64,000 nt of DNA from Roseomonas sp. (GTDB taxonomy: Bacteria; Pseudomonadota; Alphaproteobacteria; Acetobacterales; Acetobacteraceae): contig JADCFQ010000020.1 of NCBI GenBank assembly GCA_020249435.1, positions 20,522 through 84,521 of the forward strand. The letters are read 5' to 3'. Made by a program: the position numbers and the translations under genes. The notes below the pieces were generated by a model. The model was not told the origin of the DNA. It ran no database searches and worked only from the letters and a program-made list of their open reading frames with translations. Positions 49,922 through 57,357 of the stretch are shown here, one piece after another (positions within the stretch are counted from its first letter, which is position 1; the number at the start of each line of letters is the position of its first letter).

Positions 49922-50821
49922 TCAATGCTTCGGGCAGGGCAAGCCAAGCCATGCGGCGGCCTCGGCTACCACCGGCCTTACATCGGCCTCGAAGGCATCC
50001 CACAAGGCGTGATGTTCGGGCGGGCTTTCGTCCCCGGTTTCCGGCAAGGCTTCGCGCCTCAGGGCCAGCGCGTCTAGTCGCGTGAATAGGCGCAGCGCTT
50101 CGGCCTCGCCACCGGCAAGGCGCCGTTGCAGGGCTTCCGATAAGCGCCAGGCGGCGTGATGTTCATCCGTCTTTCGGAGTTCCATACCACGGGCGCACCA
50201 CTCCCACTTATCGCGCAAGCCCGGCTTTATGCCGATGCTGCGCCACGTTATCAGGCGATGAACCCGCGCCACCGCTTCGGGCGAGACTGACAAGCCCGCG
50301 CTCCGGGCGGCCTCGGCTATCTTGGCGGCTTCGCGCTTCCCCTCTTCCAGGGCGAAGCGATATCCGGCCAAGTCTGAGCGATAGGCGTAAAGCTGCGCCA
50401 TGCGCTTTTTGCTTTCCGCTTCGCACCATTCCAAAAGCTGCGCCAGCGGTGGGAGCGTTTTCAGGGTTCGGCGCGCGCGTTGCGCCACCGCCCGCACAAT
50501 ATCGGCGCTGTATTCGGCCAAATCTTCGCCAGCGGCGGCGGCATAGGCTTCGGCGGTTATGCGCGCGTTCGGGAAAACCCCTACCAAGTGCCGCGCCACG
50601 TTTTCGGCGTAGTGTTGCCGGGCCTCGGCTTCATCCGGGTTTTCTTGCGCGGCGCGCCATGCCTCAAGCTGCGCCAGCGTGTTTTTCGCCACCTGCAGAA
50701 TATCCGGGTCTTCCAATTCATCCGGGGAAAGGCGCTCAGGCTTGCCGGTTTCTTCATCGCCCCAAAAATCCGGCGTCTTCGGAAATGTGGGAAGGGCTGG
50801 CGCGGTTTGTTTCTTCGTCAT
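49922..50821 (-). CDS. Hypothetical protein with a phage replicative-helicase-loader/inhibitor-like central region
   Basis: Segment VFPNA..AYAAAAGEDLAEYSADIVRAVAQRARRTLKTLPPLAQLLEWC; immediately downstream of the initiator-like gene; AGGGGG RBS before ATG 50821. Confidence 0.55.
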   Translation of the reverse strand: MTKKQTAPALPTFPKTPDFWGDEETGKPERLSPDELEDPDILQVAKNTLAQLEAWRAAQENPDEAEARQHYAENVARHLVGVFPNARITAEAYAAAAGEDLAEYSADIVRAVAQRARRTLKTLPPLAQLLEWCEAESKKRMAQLYAYRSDLAGYRFALEEGKREAAKIAEAARSAGLSVSPEAVARVHRLITWRSIGIKPGLRDKWEWCARGMELRKTDEHHAAWRLSEALQRRLAGGEAEALRLFTRLDALALRREALPETGDESPPEHHALWDAFEADVRPVVAEAAAWLGLPCPKH

Positions 50822-50831
50822 TTCGCGCCCC

Positions 50832-51356
50832 CTATATCCGGCTCGGGATGGAAGGCTTGCGCTTGCGCTTACTGCCAGCGCCAGCGCGCGGCGCGTCAGC
50901 AAAGCGCGCGTTAGCGCTGGTATACGGTTTCCCTACATTTTCATTACGGGATACCTGTTCGGGGGGTTGTAGAGCGCCCATTAAGGGCGCTCTGTGGCGC
51001 CCATCTAGGGGGCTGTAGGGCGCCCATGTGGGGCGCTCTGTGGCGCCCATTGCATCGATGTGCCCCGATACTTGCCCCGATAGCTCCGGCGCTGCGAGGG
51101 CGTATCCTTTCGCCCTTGATCGCGAAGGCGCGGGCGCAATGAAGCCCCGTTCTTCCAGGCCGCGAAGCGCGCGGCGGATTGTGCGGCGCTCCATCCGGAG
51201 CATTTCGGAGAGGCCCCGGCTTGAAGGCCAGGCCGCACCGCGCGCCTCGTTAAAATGTTCGGCAATCGCCACCGCCACCGCCAATTCGGCAAGCGTGGGG
51301 CGAGGATCAGCGGCGGCAACGGCGCGAAGCCATGCAAACCTTGTCGCAATCGACAT
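50832..51356 (-). CDS. HTH (HTH_36-like) phage replication-initiator-like protein
   Basis: AWPSSRGLSEMLRMERRTIRRALRGLEERGFI winged-HTH followed by a low-complexity region carrying DNA repeats. Confidence 0.7.
   Translation of the reverse strand: MSIATRFAWLRAVAAADPRPTLAELAVAVAIAEHFNEARGAAWPSSRGLSEMLRMERRTIRRALRGLEERGFIAPAPSRSRAKGYALAAPELSGQVSGHIDAMGATERPTWAPYSPLDGRHRAPLMGALQPPEQVSRNENVGKPYTSANARFADAPRAGAGSKRKRKPSIPSRI
50959..51050. repeat. Four 23-bp iteron-like repeats (putative origin)
   Basis: GCGCCCAT core at 50974, 50997, 51020, 51043; unit GGG(C/G)G(C/T)-N6-GCGCCC-AT. Confidence 0.8.
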
Positions 51357-51472
51357 AGGCGGCAATCCTTTGGGAAGGCCCCTTGCCAGCCGTGCCGCGA
51401 ATTGCTACTTTTCTTTGTGACGCAAAGACTTTTCGCAATTCTAGCCGCGCCTTGGCAACAGGGCGCGGTTCT

Positions 51473-51550
51473 CTATTGGGCGAAGCGCAGCAAGCCCGCG
51501 AGGGCCAGTAATGCGAGGGGCGCGGCAATCCATGCAATGCGGGCCATCAT
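51473..51550 (-). CDS. 25-aa hydrophobic micro-protein (MMARIAWIAAPLALLALAGLLRFAQ)
   Basis: ATG overlaps the Xis-like stop (ATGA); single TM-like helix. Confidence 0.45.
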   Translation of the reverse strand: MMARIAWIAAPLALLALAGLLRFAQ

Positions 51551-51750
51551 GGCGCCACCTTGAGGAATTGGCGTAGCGAATCGCCCGCGACCATCATGCG
51601 GCCACCGCAACGAAAAAGGCGCAAGGCGCCCTCTTTTCCTCGGCGGCGAAGGGTGGAAGGCGACAAGCCGGAAATCCGGCAAGCTTGCCTGAGGGTGAAG
51701 GAAAGGGCGCCCGGATGGGGCGCGGGCGCATCAGCGCGCAATCGTGGCAT
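51547..51750 (-). CDS. Excisionase/AlpA-like HTH DNA-binding protein
   Basis: FTLRQACRISGLSPSTLRRRGKEGAL...GGRMMV..DSLRQFL; GAGG before ATG 51750 (track GTG 51786). Confidence 0.75.
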   Translation of the reverse strand: MPRLRADAPAPHPGALSFTLRQACRISGLSPSTLRRRGKEGALRLFRCGGRMMVAGDSLRQFLKVAP

Positions 51751-51893
51751 GGGGTGCCTCGCGAGAAAGGGTTTGGGATGTCTCACGCTTTCGGTGCGCG
51801 GAACCTTTTCTCGCGTGTAGCGCCACGCGGCGGCGGGTCTATCTCACATGTAAGGCCATGCGGCGGCCAGGCGCCATGTGCGCTTGGCGTATT

Positions 51894-51921
51894 ATTATCA
51901 CTACGCGCCAACGCTGCGCAA
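51894..51921 (-). promoter_or_regulatory. Possible sigma70 promoter for the xis-rep operon
   Basis: Minus-strand TTGCGC-N16-GATAAT in the AT-richer int/xis spacer. Confidence 0.35.
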
Positions 51922-52010
51922 GTGTTTTCGTGCGTCTATTTCGTATTTCTCATTTAACGCGCCGTAAAGTTTCCAATACGCGGTTTTCGTTTCTCACCGG
52001 CTCTTAACAA

Positions 52011-53363
52011 TCACCGCACGGCGTTTCGCGCTTCGCCAATGTTCACCACCGGCGCGGCGGGCGTGACGCAATGGCGGCCCCATTGTTCCATCAGCCCTAC
52101 GCGGCGCTCGAATAAATCACTCCGGCGATACCGCCCGGCTACCTTGCTTGCGTCTTCATGCGCCAGCGCCTTTTCGGCGGCGTCCCGTTCCCCAGGGTGG
52201 CAATCATCGCACCATGTCCGGAAGCTTGCGCGCCAGCCGTGCGGCACCACCGGGCGCCCGGTGGGATCAACCCATTGCGGGCCATCCTTGCCTTCATTCA
52301 TGCGCCGGATCACGGCAGAAAGCGCCATATCCGTAAAGGGGCCGGTTCGGGATATGTTCGGGAATATCCAGCTATCGCCCGCAATCCGGGCCAGCTTGGG
52401 CAATTCGCCCGGCGCCACCGTCACGCCATGCGCCAGCCCATAGGCGCGGCATAAGGTTTCCAGCATGGCGGAAGATAGCGGGACGCGGTGGGGCGCGGGT
52501 TCGGAAAGGTTGCGGCCTTTCATCACCAAGCCCGGCACGGTTAGAACGGCTTGGCCCCCATCGAAGCTAATCCAATTCCAGCGCAGCGCGCGCGCTTCAC
52601 CGGATCGAAGGGCGCTTAGGGCGGCGAAGCGCAGCGCCACCGGGGCTAGGCCGGGCATCTTGTCCAAGGCTTCGAAAAATCCGGGCGCTTGGCGCCATGG
52701 CAGGGCAGGATGGCCTCGCTCCCCGGCTTGTTGCGTCAAGCCAAGGTGGCGCAAAATCCGAACATCGGCGGCGGTGGCATCGGCGCCCCATCCTTGCGCG
52801 GCGGCATAGCGCAAAACGGCGCCAATTCTGCGAAGCGTTTTGCGGGCGATAATCGGCTTTTTATGCCAGATCGGTTCTAGCGCATCCTTCACCATTTCCC
52901 GCGTGATGCTCGCCACCGGCTGTTTCATCAGCGGCGCGGCATGTAGTTTCAGGCTCGATTCCCACATATGCGCCGTGCGGGCGTTCTTCCATGAAGGCGC
53001 CTCGGCCTTAATCACCGCCTCGGCTACATTGGCGAAGACGCGGCGCTCGGCCTCTTCCTCGGCCTTGCGGGCGGTTTCCAGGGCCTTTGCAGCGGCACGG
53101 CGGGCCTTCACCGGATCAGCACCGCCAAGGGCTTCACGGCGGGCGGCAAGGGCCTTTATGCGGGCTTGGGCAAGTGTCACGGCAGGCCAGGGGCCAAGCC
53201 CCATGTCCCGGCGCTTTCCGGCAACCATAACGCGGGCCAGCCATACCTTTGCGCCGCTCGGCACGATTTCTAGCAAAAGCCCGCCCCCATCGCTCAGGCG
53301 GTATTTCCCGGCGCGGGGCTTGGCGGCTTCAACCGTCTTTGCGTCTAACTTTCCGTTCGGCAT
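52011..53363 (-). CDS. int: P4-type tyrosine integrase with arm-binding (DUF4102-like) N-domain
   Basis: N-terminal LSDGGGLLL...MGLGPWPAVTLAQAR; catalytic R (LRSGE), K (MK), HGWR, LAH, Y (GRY) all present. Confidence 0.95.
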   Translation of the reverse strand: MPNGKLDAKTVEAAKPRAGKYRLSDGGGLLLEIVPSGAKVWLARVMVAGKRRDMGLGPWPAVTLAQARIKALAARREALGGADPVKARRAAAKALETARKAEEEAERRVFANVAEAVIKAEAPSWKNARTAHMWESSLKLHAAPLMKQPVASITREMVKDALEPIWHKKPIIARKTLRRIGAVLRYAAAQGWGADATAADVRILRHLGLTQQAGERGHPALPWRQAPGFFEALDKMPGLAPVALRFAALSALRSGEARALRWNWISFDGGQAVLTVPGLVMKGRNLSEPAPHRVPLSSAMLETLCRAYGLAHGVTVAPGELPKLARIAGDSWIFPNISRTGPFTDMALSAVIRRMNEGKDGPQWVDPTGRPVVPHGWRASFRTWCDDCHPGERDAAEKALAHEDASKVAGRYRRSDLFERRVGLMEQWGRHCVTPAAPVVNIGEARNAVR

Positions 53364-53396
53364 GGCGCGGCCTCATAGGGTGGAACCATCAATTCT

Positions 53397-53417
53397 TCCC
53401 CCACAATATCCCCCACA
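53397..53417 (+). promoter_or_regulatory. Putative integrase arm-type sites (TCCCCCACA x2)
   Basis: Direct repeats at 53397 and 53409, upstream of int; match the left-arm pair. Confidence 0.65.
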
Positions 53418-53547
53418 ATCGGCCCTTGCAATGCCAAAACGGTTCTAAGCGTGTCAAAATGTGTTTTTCTTTGTGTTTCTAAGGAAAAACTGCGAATTTT
53501 CAGGCTGATTTCAGGGCGGTTTGAAACGGCTTGAAAGGGCAAAATGG

Positions 53548-53569
53548 TTCCGGCTCTGGGCACCATTTC
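53548..53569 (+). repeat. att core, distal side (duplicated tRNA-Phe 3' end)
   Basis: TTCCGGCTCTGGGCACCATTTC, identical to 49644-49665. Confidence 0.93.
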
Positions 53570-53618
53570 CCCTGAAAACCCGAAAATTAATCAGGCATGG
53601 CGATTGCTACGCCCAACC

Positions 53619-53671
53619 GGGGGCGCTGCCCCCGTACCCCCGCCGGGGTAACCGTGTTACCCCGGACCCCG
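53619..53671. repeat. REP-like tandem GC-rich hairpins
   Basis: GGGGGC-GCT-GCCCCC-GTACCCCCG followed by GGGGTAAC-CGT-GTTACCCC-GGACCCCG. Confidence 0.55.
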
Positions 53672-53704
53672 CCGATACGGGCGCGAGAGATCGGAGCAAA
53701 GCGC

Positions 53705-55036
53705 ATGAACCAGAGCCAGGGCACCAAAGCGCCTCATCGAATTGTCGTCGTTGGTGGCGGGGCTGCGGGGTTGGAACTCGTCACCCGGCTTGGCCACCGC
53801 TATGCCCGGACAGGTGAGGCCGAGGTCACGCTTGTCGAACGCGCCCGCACCCATCTGTGGAAGCCGCTGCTGCATGCAGTTGCAGCGGGCAGCCTCGATC
53901 GGGACCGGCATGAACTGCATTACCTGCGCCAGGCCCATAACCACCACTTCACCTATCGCTTCGGGCCCATGACCGGTCTTGACCGGGAAGCGCGCGAAGT
54001 CCTGGTCGGCGCCACGATTGACGATGAAGGCCGCCAGGTGACGCCACCAAGCCGCGTGCCCTATGACACGCTCGTGATCTGCATCGGCAGTGTGACCAAT
54101 GATTTCGGCACGCCAGGGGCGGCGGAACACGCCGTGCCACTGGAAAATGTTGCGCAAGCAAGCCGTTTTCATCGCCGCCTGGTCAATGCATGCCTGCGCG
54201 CCAATAGCCAATCCGAACCGGTGCGCCCCGGCCAGCTTCATGTGGCTATCATCGGCGCGGGGGCTACCGGCACGGAATTGGCCGCTGAACTGCACCGCAC
54301 GCTGCGCGCCGTCGTCGCCTATGGCTTGGACAAGATTGACCCGGCACGCGATGTCCGCATCCGGCTGATTGAAGCGGCGTCGCGCATCCTGCCCGCACTG
54401 CCCGAACGCATCTCCGCCGCCACCGCAAAACTACTGGAAGATCTGGGCGTAGAAGTGCTGGCCGGCCGCCGCGTTGCCGAAGTGCGTGCCGATGGCGTTG
54501 TGCTGGCCGATGGCGCGGTGATCCCGGGCGAGCTTGTGGTCTGGGCCGCCGGCGTGAAAGGCCCAGCCGTGCTCCGCAATATCGGCGGGCTTGAAACCAC
54601 GGCGACAGATCAGTTGGTCGTATTGCCGACCCTGCAAACCACGCGTGACCCGGACATTTTCGCCCTTGGCGATTGCGCCGCCTGCCCGCGCCCCGATGGC
54701 AAGGGCAATCTGCCGCCGCGCGCCCAGGCCGCGCATCAACAGGCAACGCATCTTTTCCGCCAGATTGACCGCAAAATCCGCGGGCAGGAAGTTGAGCCCT
54801 TTGCCTATCGCGATTTCGGATCGCTGGTCTCGCTTGGGAAATACTCAACCGTCGGCAGTCTGATGGGCTTTTTGGTTGGGCGCAGCATGTTCATCGAAGG
54901 CTATTTTGCGCGGATGATGTATCGGTCCTTGTACAAGATGCACCAGACCGCGCTGCATGGGCATGCGCCGGTGCTGTGGAAGACACTGGTCGGGCTCATT
55001 GCGGATCGCGGGCAGCCGCAGGTGAAGCTGCATTGA
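53705..55036 (+). CDS. ndh: Type II NADH:quinone oxidoreductase
   Basis: Two dinucleotide-binding motifs (VVGGGAAG; IIGAGATGTELAAEL), WAAGVK, FALGDCA, AQAAHQQA, DFGSLVSLG. Confidence 0.9.
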   Translation: MNQSQGTKAPHRIVVVGGGAAGLELVTRLGHRYARTGEAEVTLVERARTHLWKPLLHAVAAGSLDRDRHELHYLRQAHNHHFTYRFGPMTGLDREAREVLVGATIDDEGRQVTPPSRVPYDTLVICIGSVTNDFGTPGAAEHAVPLENVAQASRFHRRLVNACLRANSQSEPVRPGQLHVAIIGAGATGTELAAELHRTLRAVVAYGLDKIDPARDVRIRLIEAASRILPALPERISAATAKLLEDLGVEVLAGRRVAEVRADGVVLADGAVIPGELVVWAAGVKGPAVLRNIGGLETTATDQLVVLPTLQTTRDPDIFALGDCAACPRPDGKGNLPPRAQAAHQQATHLFRQIDRKIRGQEVEPFAYRDFGSLVSLGKYSTVGSLMGFLVGRSMFIEGYFARMMYRSLYKMHQTALHGHAPVLWKTLVGLIADRGQPQVKLH

Positions 55037-55066
55037 GGTAATTGGGCGCTGCCCGCCTTTCCCAAA

Positions 55067-55092
55067 CACGAAAAGGGGGCCAAAGCCCCCTT
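55067..55092 (-). terminator. Rho-independent terminator of rpmJ (possibly bidirectional)
   Basis: Minus strand AAGGGGGC-TTTG-GCCCCCTT followed by TTCGTGTTT. Confidence 0.7.
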
Positions 55093-55136
55093 CCGCAACG
55101 CCCAGCGCTACCCCGCAGGCCGAAGCCCGCTCCGCC

Positions 55137-55262
55137 TCAGCCCTGGCGGGCCTTCAGGCGCGGATTCTTCTTGTTGATCACGTAGACGCGACCGCGGCGG
55201 CGTACCACAACGCAGTTCTTGTCTCGGGTCTTGGCGGTCTTCAGCGAGTTACGAATTTTCAT
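55137..55262 (-). CDS. rpmJ: 50S ribosomal protein L36 (type B, zinc-independent)
   Basis: Manual translation [41 protein letters not shown] (41 aa); below the track length cutoff. Confidence 0.97.
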   Translation of the reverse strand: MKIRNSLKTAKTRDKNCVVVRRRGRVYVINKKNPRLKARQG

Positions 55263-55286
55263 TGGTCTAACCTTTCGAAGGCGCGG

Positions 55287-55315
55287 CTTCTAAGCGGGGC
55301 GGGGGGCCAAGTCAA
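55287..55315 (-). promoter_or_regulatory. Putative sigma70 promoter of rpmJ
   Basis: Minus-strand TTGACT-N17-TAGAAG, about 25 nt upstream of the ATG. Confidence 0.55.
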
Positions 55316-55327
55316 CCCATCGCCCCC

Positions 55328-56545
55328 CTATTCGGCGGCGCGGCGTTCCTCATCCATCATGCGCATGAACCCATCGCGGGTTTGGGGCAGTTTGCGGCCC
55401 ATGATCTGTTCGGCAACCTGGGTACGGAGTACCTGTGCCGTGCCACCGGCAATGGCGAACATGCGTGCATCGCGCAAATAGCGCTCCATCGGGTTGTCGC
55501 GCGAATAGCCTGCCGCACCCCAGACCTGCAAAGCCTGGTTGGTCACGCGGATTGCCATCTCGCCGGCCAATACCTTGGCTTGCGCGGCAGCCAGCCGATC
55601 CGGAAAGCCATTCGGCCCGGCACTTTTCGCCGCGCGCCACACCATGGCGCGGGCCGCTTCCACTTCAATGGACATATCCGCCAGCATCCAGGCAAGGCCC
55701 TGGAATTCGCCAATCGGCCGACCGAATTGGCGGCGGGTCTGCGCACGCTCCAGCGCATGTTCATAAGCCCCGGCGGCCAGCCCAAGCGCCACTGTCGCCG
55801 CCCCCACGCGCTGGCCATTATAGGCATCAATCAGCCGGCCAAAGCCCCGCGCCCAGCCGCCAGGTGGCCTCAGCACCATGCTATCGGCCACTTCCAGCCC
55901 GGCGATTTCCGTCTCGGCTTCCGGCATCCCGCAAAGACCGAGGGAGGGGATGCGCTTAAAGCTGATCCCGGGCGGCGGGCCGTCACCGTTGCGTACCACG
56001 AGAAAGCCGCCAATCCCCTGATCGCGCCCATCTTCAATCACACGCGCGAAGATCAGATGCAGCCGGGAAACCCCGCCGCCCGTGATCCAGGTCTTGCGCC
56101 CATTGATCACCCATGTATCGCCATGGCGCACCGCGCGCGTGGTCATCTCAGTCGCGGCCGAGCCCGCTTCCGGTTCCGTGATCAGAATGGCGGGCTTGTC
56201 GCCGGCAAGCACCAGATCGGCGGCGATGCGCTTTTGCGCGTCTGTCCCATAGGCCATGATGGCGCCAATCGCGCCCATATTGGCTTCCACCGCGATGCGG
56301 CCACAAACTGCGCAGGCTTTGGAAAATTCCTCAATCACCAGGGCGGCGTCGAAGTAATCGCCCCCTGGCCCACCCCAGGCGCGCGGTACGGTCAGGCCCG
56401 TGAAGCCCGCTTCCGCCATGCGCTTCACCATGGGCCAGGGATAGGCGCCGGAGCGATCAGTCTTGGCAGCCTGGGCGGCGGCCTCGCGCGCCAATTCCCG
56501 TGCCCGGTCGCGCAGCCTTGCCTGTTCGGGGGTCAAGCCATCCAT
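55328..56545 (-). CDS. Acyl-CoA dehydrogenase
   Basis: ITEPEAGS, INGRKTWITGG, QFGRPIGEFQG, GAAGYSRDNPMERYLRDAR, IAGGT. Confidence 0.92.
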   Translation of the reverse strand: MDGLTPEQARLRDRARELAREAAAQAAKTDRSGAYPWPMVKRMAEAGFTGLTVPRAWGGPGGDYFDAALVIEEFSKACAVCGRIAVEANMGAIGAIMAYGTDAQKRIAADLVLAGDKPAILITEPEAGSAATEMTTRAVRHGDTWVINGRKTWITGGGVSRLHLIFARVIEDGRDQGIGGFLVVRNGDGPPPGISFKRIPSLGLCGMPEAETEIAGLEVADSMVLRPPGGWARGFGRLIDAYNGQRVGAATVALGLAAGAYEHALERAQTRRQFGRPIGEFQGLAWMLADMSIEVEAARAMVWRAAKSAGPNGFPDRLAAAQAKVLAGEMAIRVTNQALQVWGAAGYSRDNPMERYLRDARMFAIAGGTAQVLRTQVAEQIMGRKLPQTRDGFMRMMDEERRAAE

Positions 56546-56555
56546 GATGAGAACC

Positions 56556-57332
56556 TTATGAAAGACGCGCTTCGATGACCGCAGCGGCCGCGCGATCCAG
56601 TTTGAGCGCCTTGGCGAAATCATCAAGCCAGGCGCGCTCGGCGGCGGCGATTTCTCCCGCGCCAACCACAGCGGCGGCGTAAAGCTGTGCGGCCAGCATG
56701 GGGTCGCTCGCCAGCTTGGCCAAAGCTGCGGGGGCTAGGGGCTTGTCGAAATCGGCTAGCACCTTGTCGCGCGAGGCGGGGCTGAGGCCCGCGCCATCCA
56801 ATTGCGCGGCGATGCGCCCGCGTTCTTCGGCATCAATCGCGCCATCGGCCTTGGCGGCGGCGATCATGGCGCGGAGCATCAGCAAAGCCTCGGCGGTCTC
56901 CGCGCTGGCTTCCTGTTCGGGTGGGGGGGTGACGGGCGCCCAGGGGTCTGCGGTGGGTTTTGCGGCGCCGGGTGCATTCCCCCAAGGGCTGGCGCTGGCG
57001 GGCGCATCCTTCAACCCGCCCTGGCCGGGGGCTTTTTTCACCGGCGCTGTGCCGGTGGGGGCTTGGCGCGACGGCCCCGCCCAATCGAAACCGCCGCCGC
57101 CCTTGCTGGGGGAGGATGTTGGCCGCGGCGCTGGAGCAGCCGGGGCTGGCGCGCTCTGGCTCTGGCGCAGCGCTTCAATCGCAATGCCAGCCAGCCCCGC
57201 CAAGGCGCGCCCAAGCTGCGCATTGCCGGCGGGGGAACGCCTTGTGCCGAAGCCGGCAGGGCTGCGCCGTCGAGGCGCCGCACCACGACCCAATACAGCC
57301 CCTATCAGCTGCCCAAGATCGAACCCGGCCAT
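56556..57332 (-). CDS. DUF533 / TerB-like protein
   Basis: C-terminal LLMLRAMIAAAKADGAIDAEER..I, QLYAAA, ERAWLDDFAKALKLD; long P/A/S/G linker. Confidence 0.75.
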   Translation of the reverse strand: MAGFDLGQLIGAVLGRGAAPRRRSPAGFGTRRSPAGNAQLGRALAGLAGIAIEALRQSQSAPAPAAPAPRPTSSPSKGGGGFDWAGPSRQAPTGTAPVKKAPGQGGLKDAPASASPWGNAPGAAKPTADPWAPVTPPPEQEASAETAEALLMLRAMIAAAKADGAIDAEERGRIAAQLDGAGLSPASRDKVLADFDKPLAPAALAKLASDPMLAAQLYAAAVVGAGEIAAAERAWLDDFAKALKLDRAAAAVIEARLS

Positions 57333-57357
57333 GCGAAGCCCTCCCTGAAAAGCAGCA

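Larger units (their letters stand above)
49644..53569 (-). mobile_element. 3.9-kb integrative element (candidate minimal phage satellite) in tRNA-Phe 3' end
   Basis: Perfect 22-bp direct repeat at both ends; tyrosine integrase, Xis-like HTH, initiator-like and loader-like genes, all on the minus strand. Confidence 0.9.

Noticed and set aside
50959-51050. 23-bp periodic repeats as a possible CRISPR array
   Set aside because: Repeats are contiguous with no unique spacers, lie inside a CDS, and there are no cas genes; better explained as iterons.
51551-51682. N-terminal part of the 69-aa track ORF 51473..51682
   Set aside because: Overlaps the xis-like gene in another frame; only the last 25 codons from the ATGA overlap are considered plausible.
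51744-52007. 87-aa plus-strand ORF in the int/xis spacer as possible cargo or repressor
   Set aside because: No recognisable motif or RBS, and it overlaps the xis-like start; likely non-coding regulatory DNA.
53345-53566. 73-aa ORF MVPRAGT... upstream of int
   Set aside because: Starts in the reverse complement of the att/tRNA 3' fragment and runs over the arm sites; not a credible gene.
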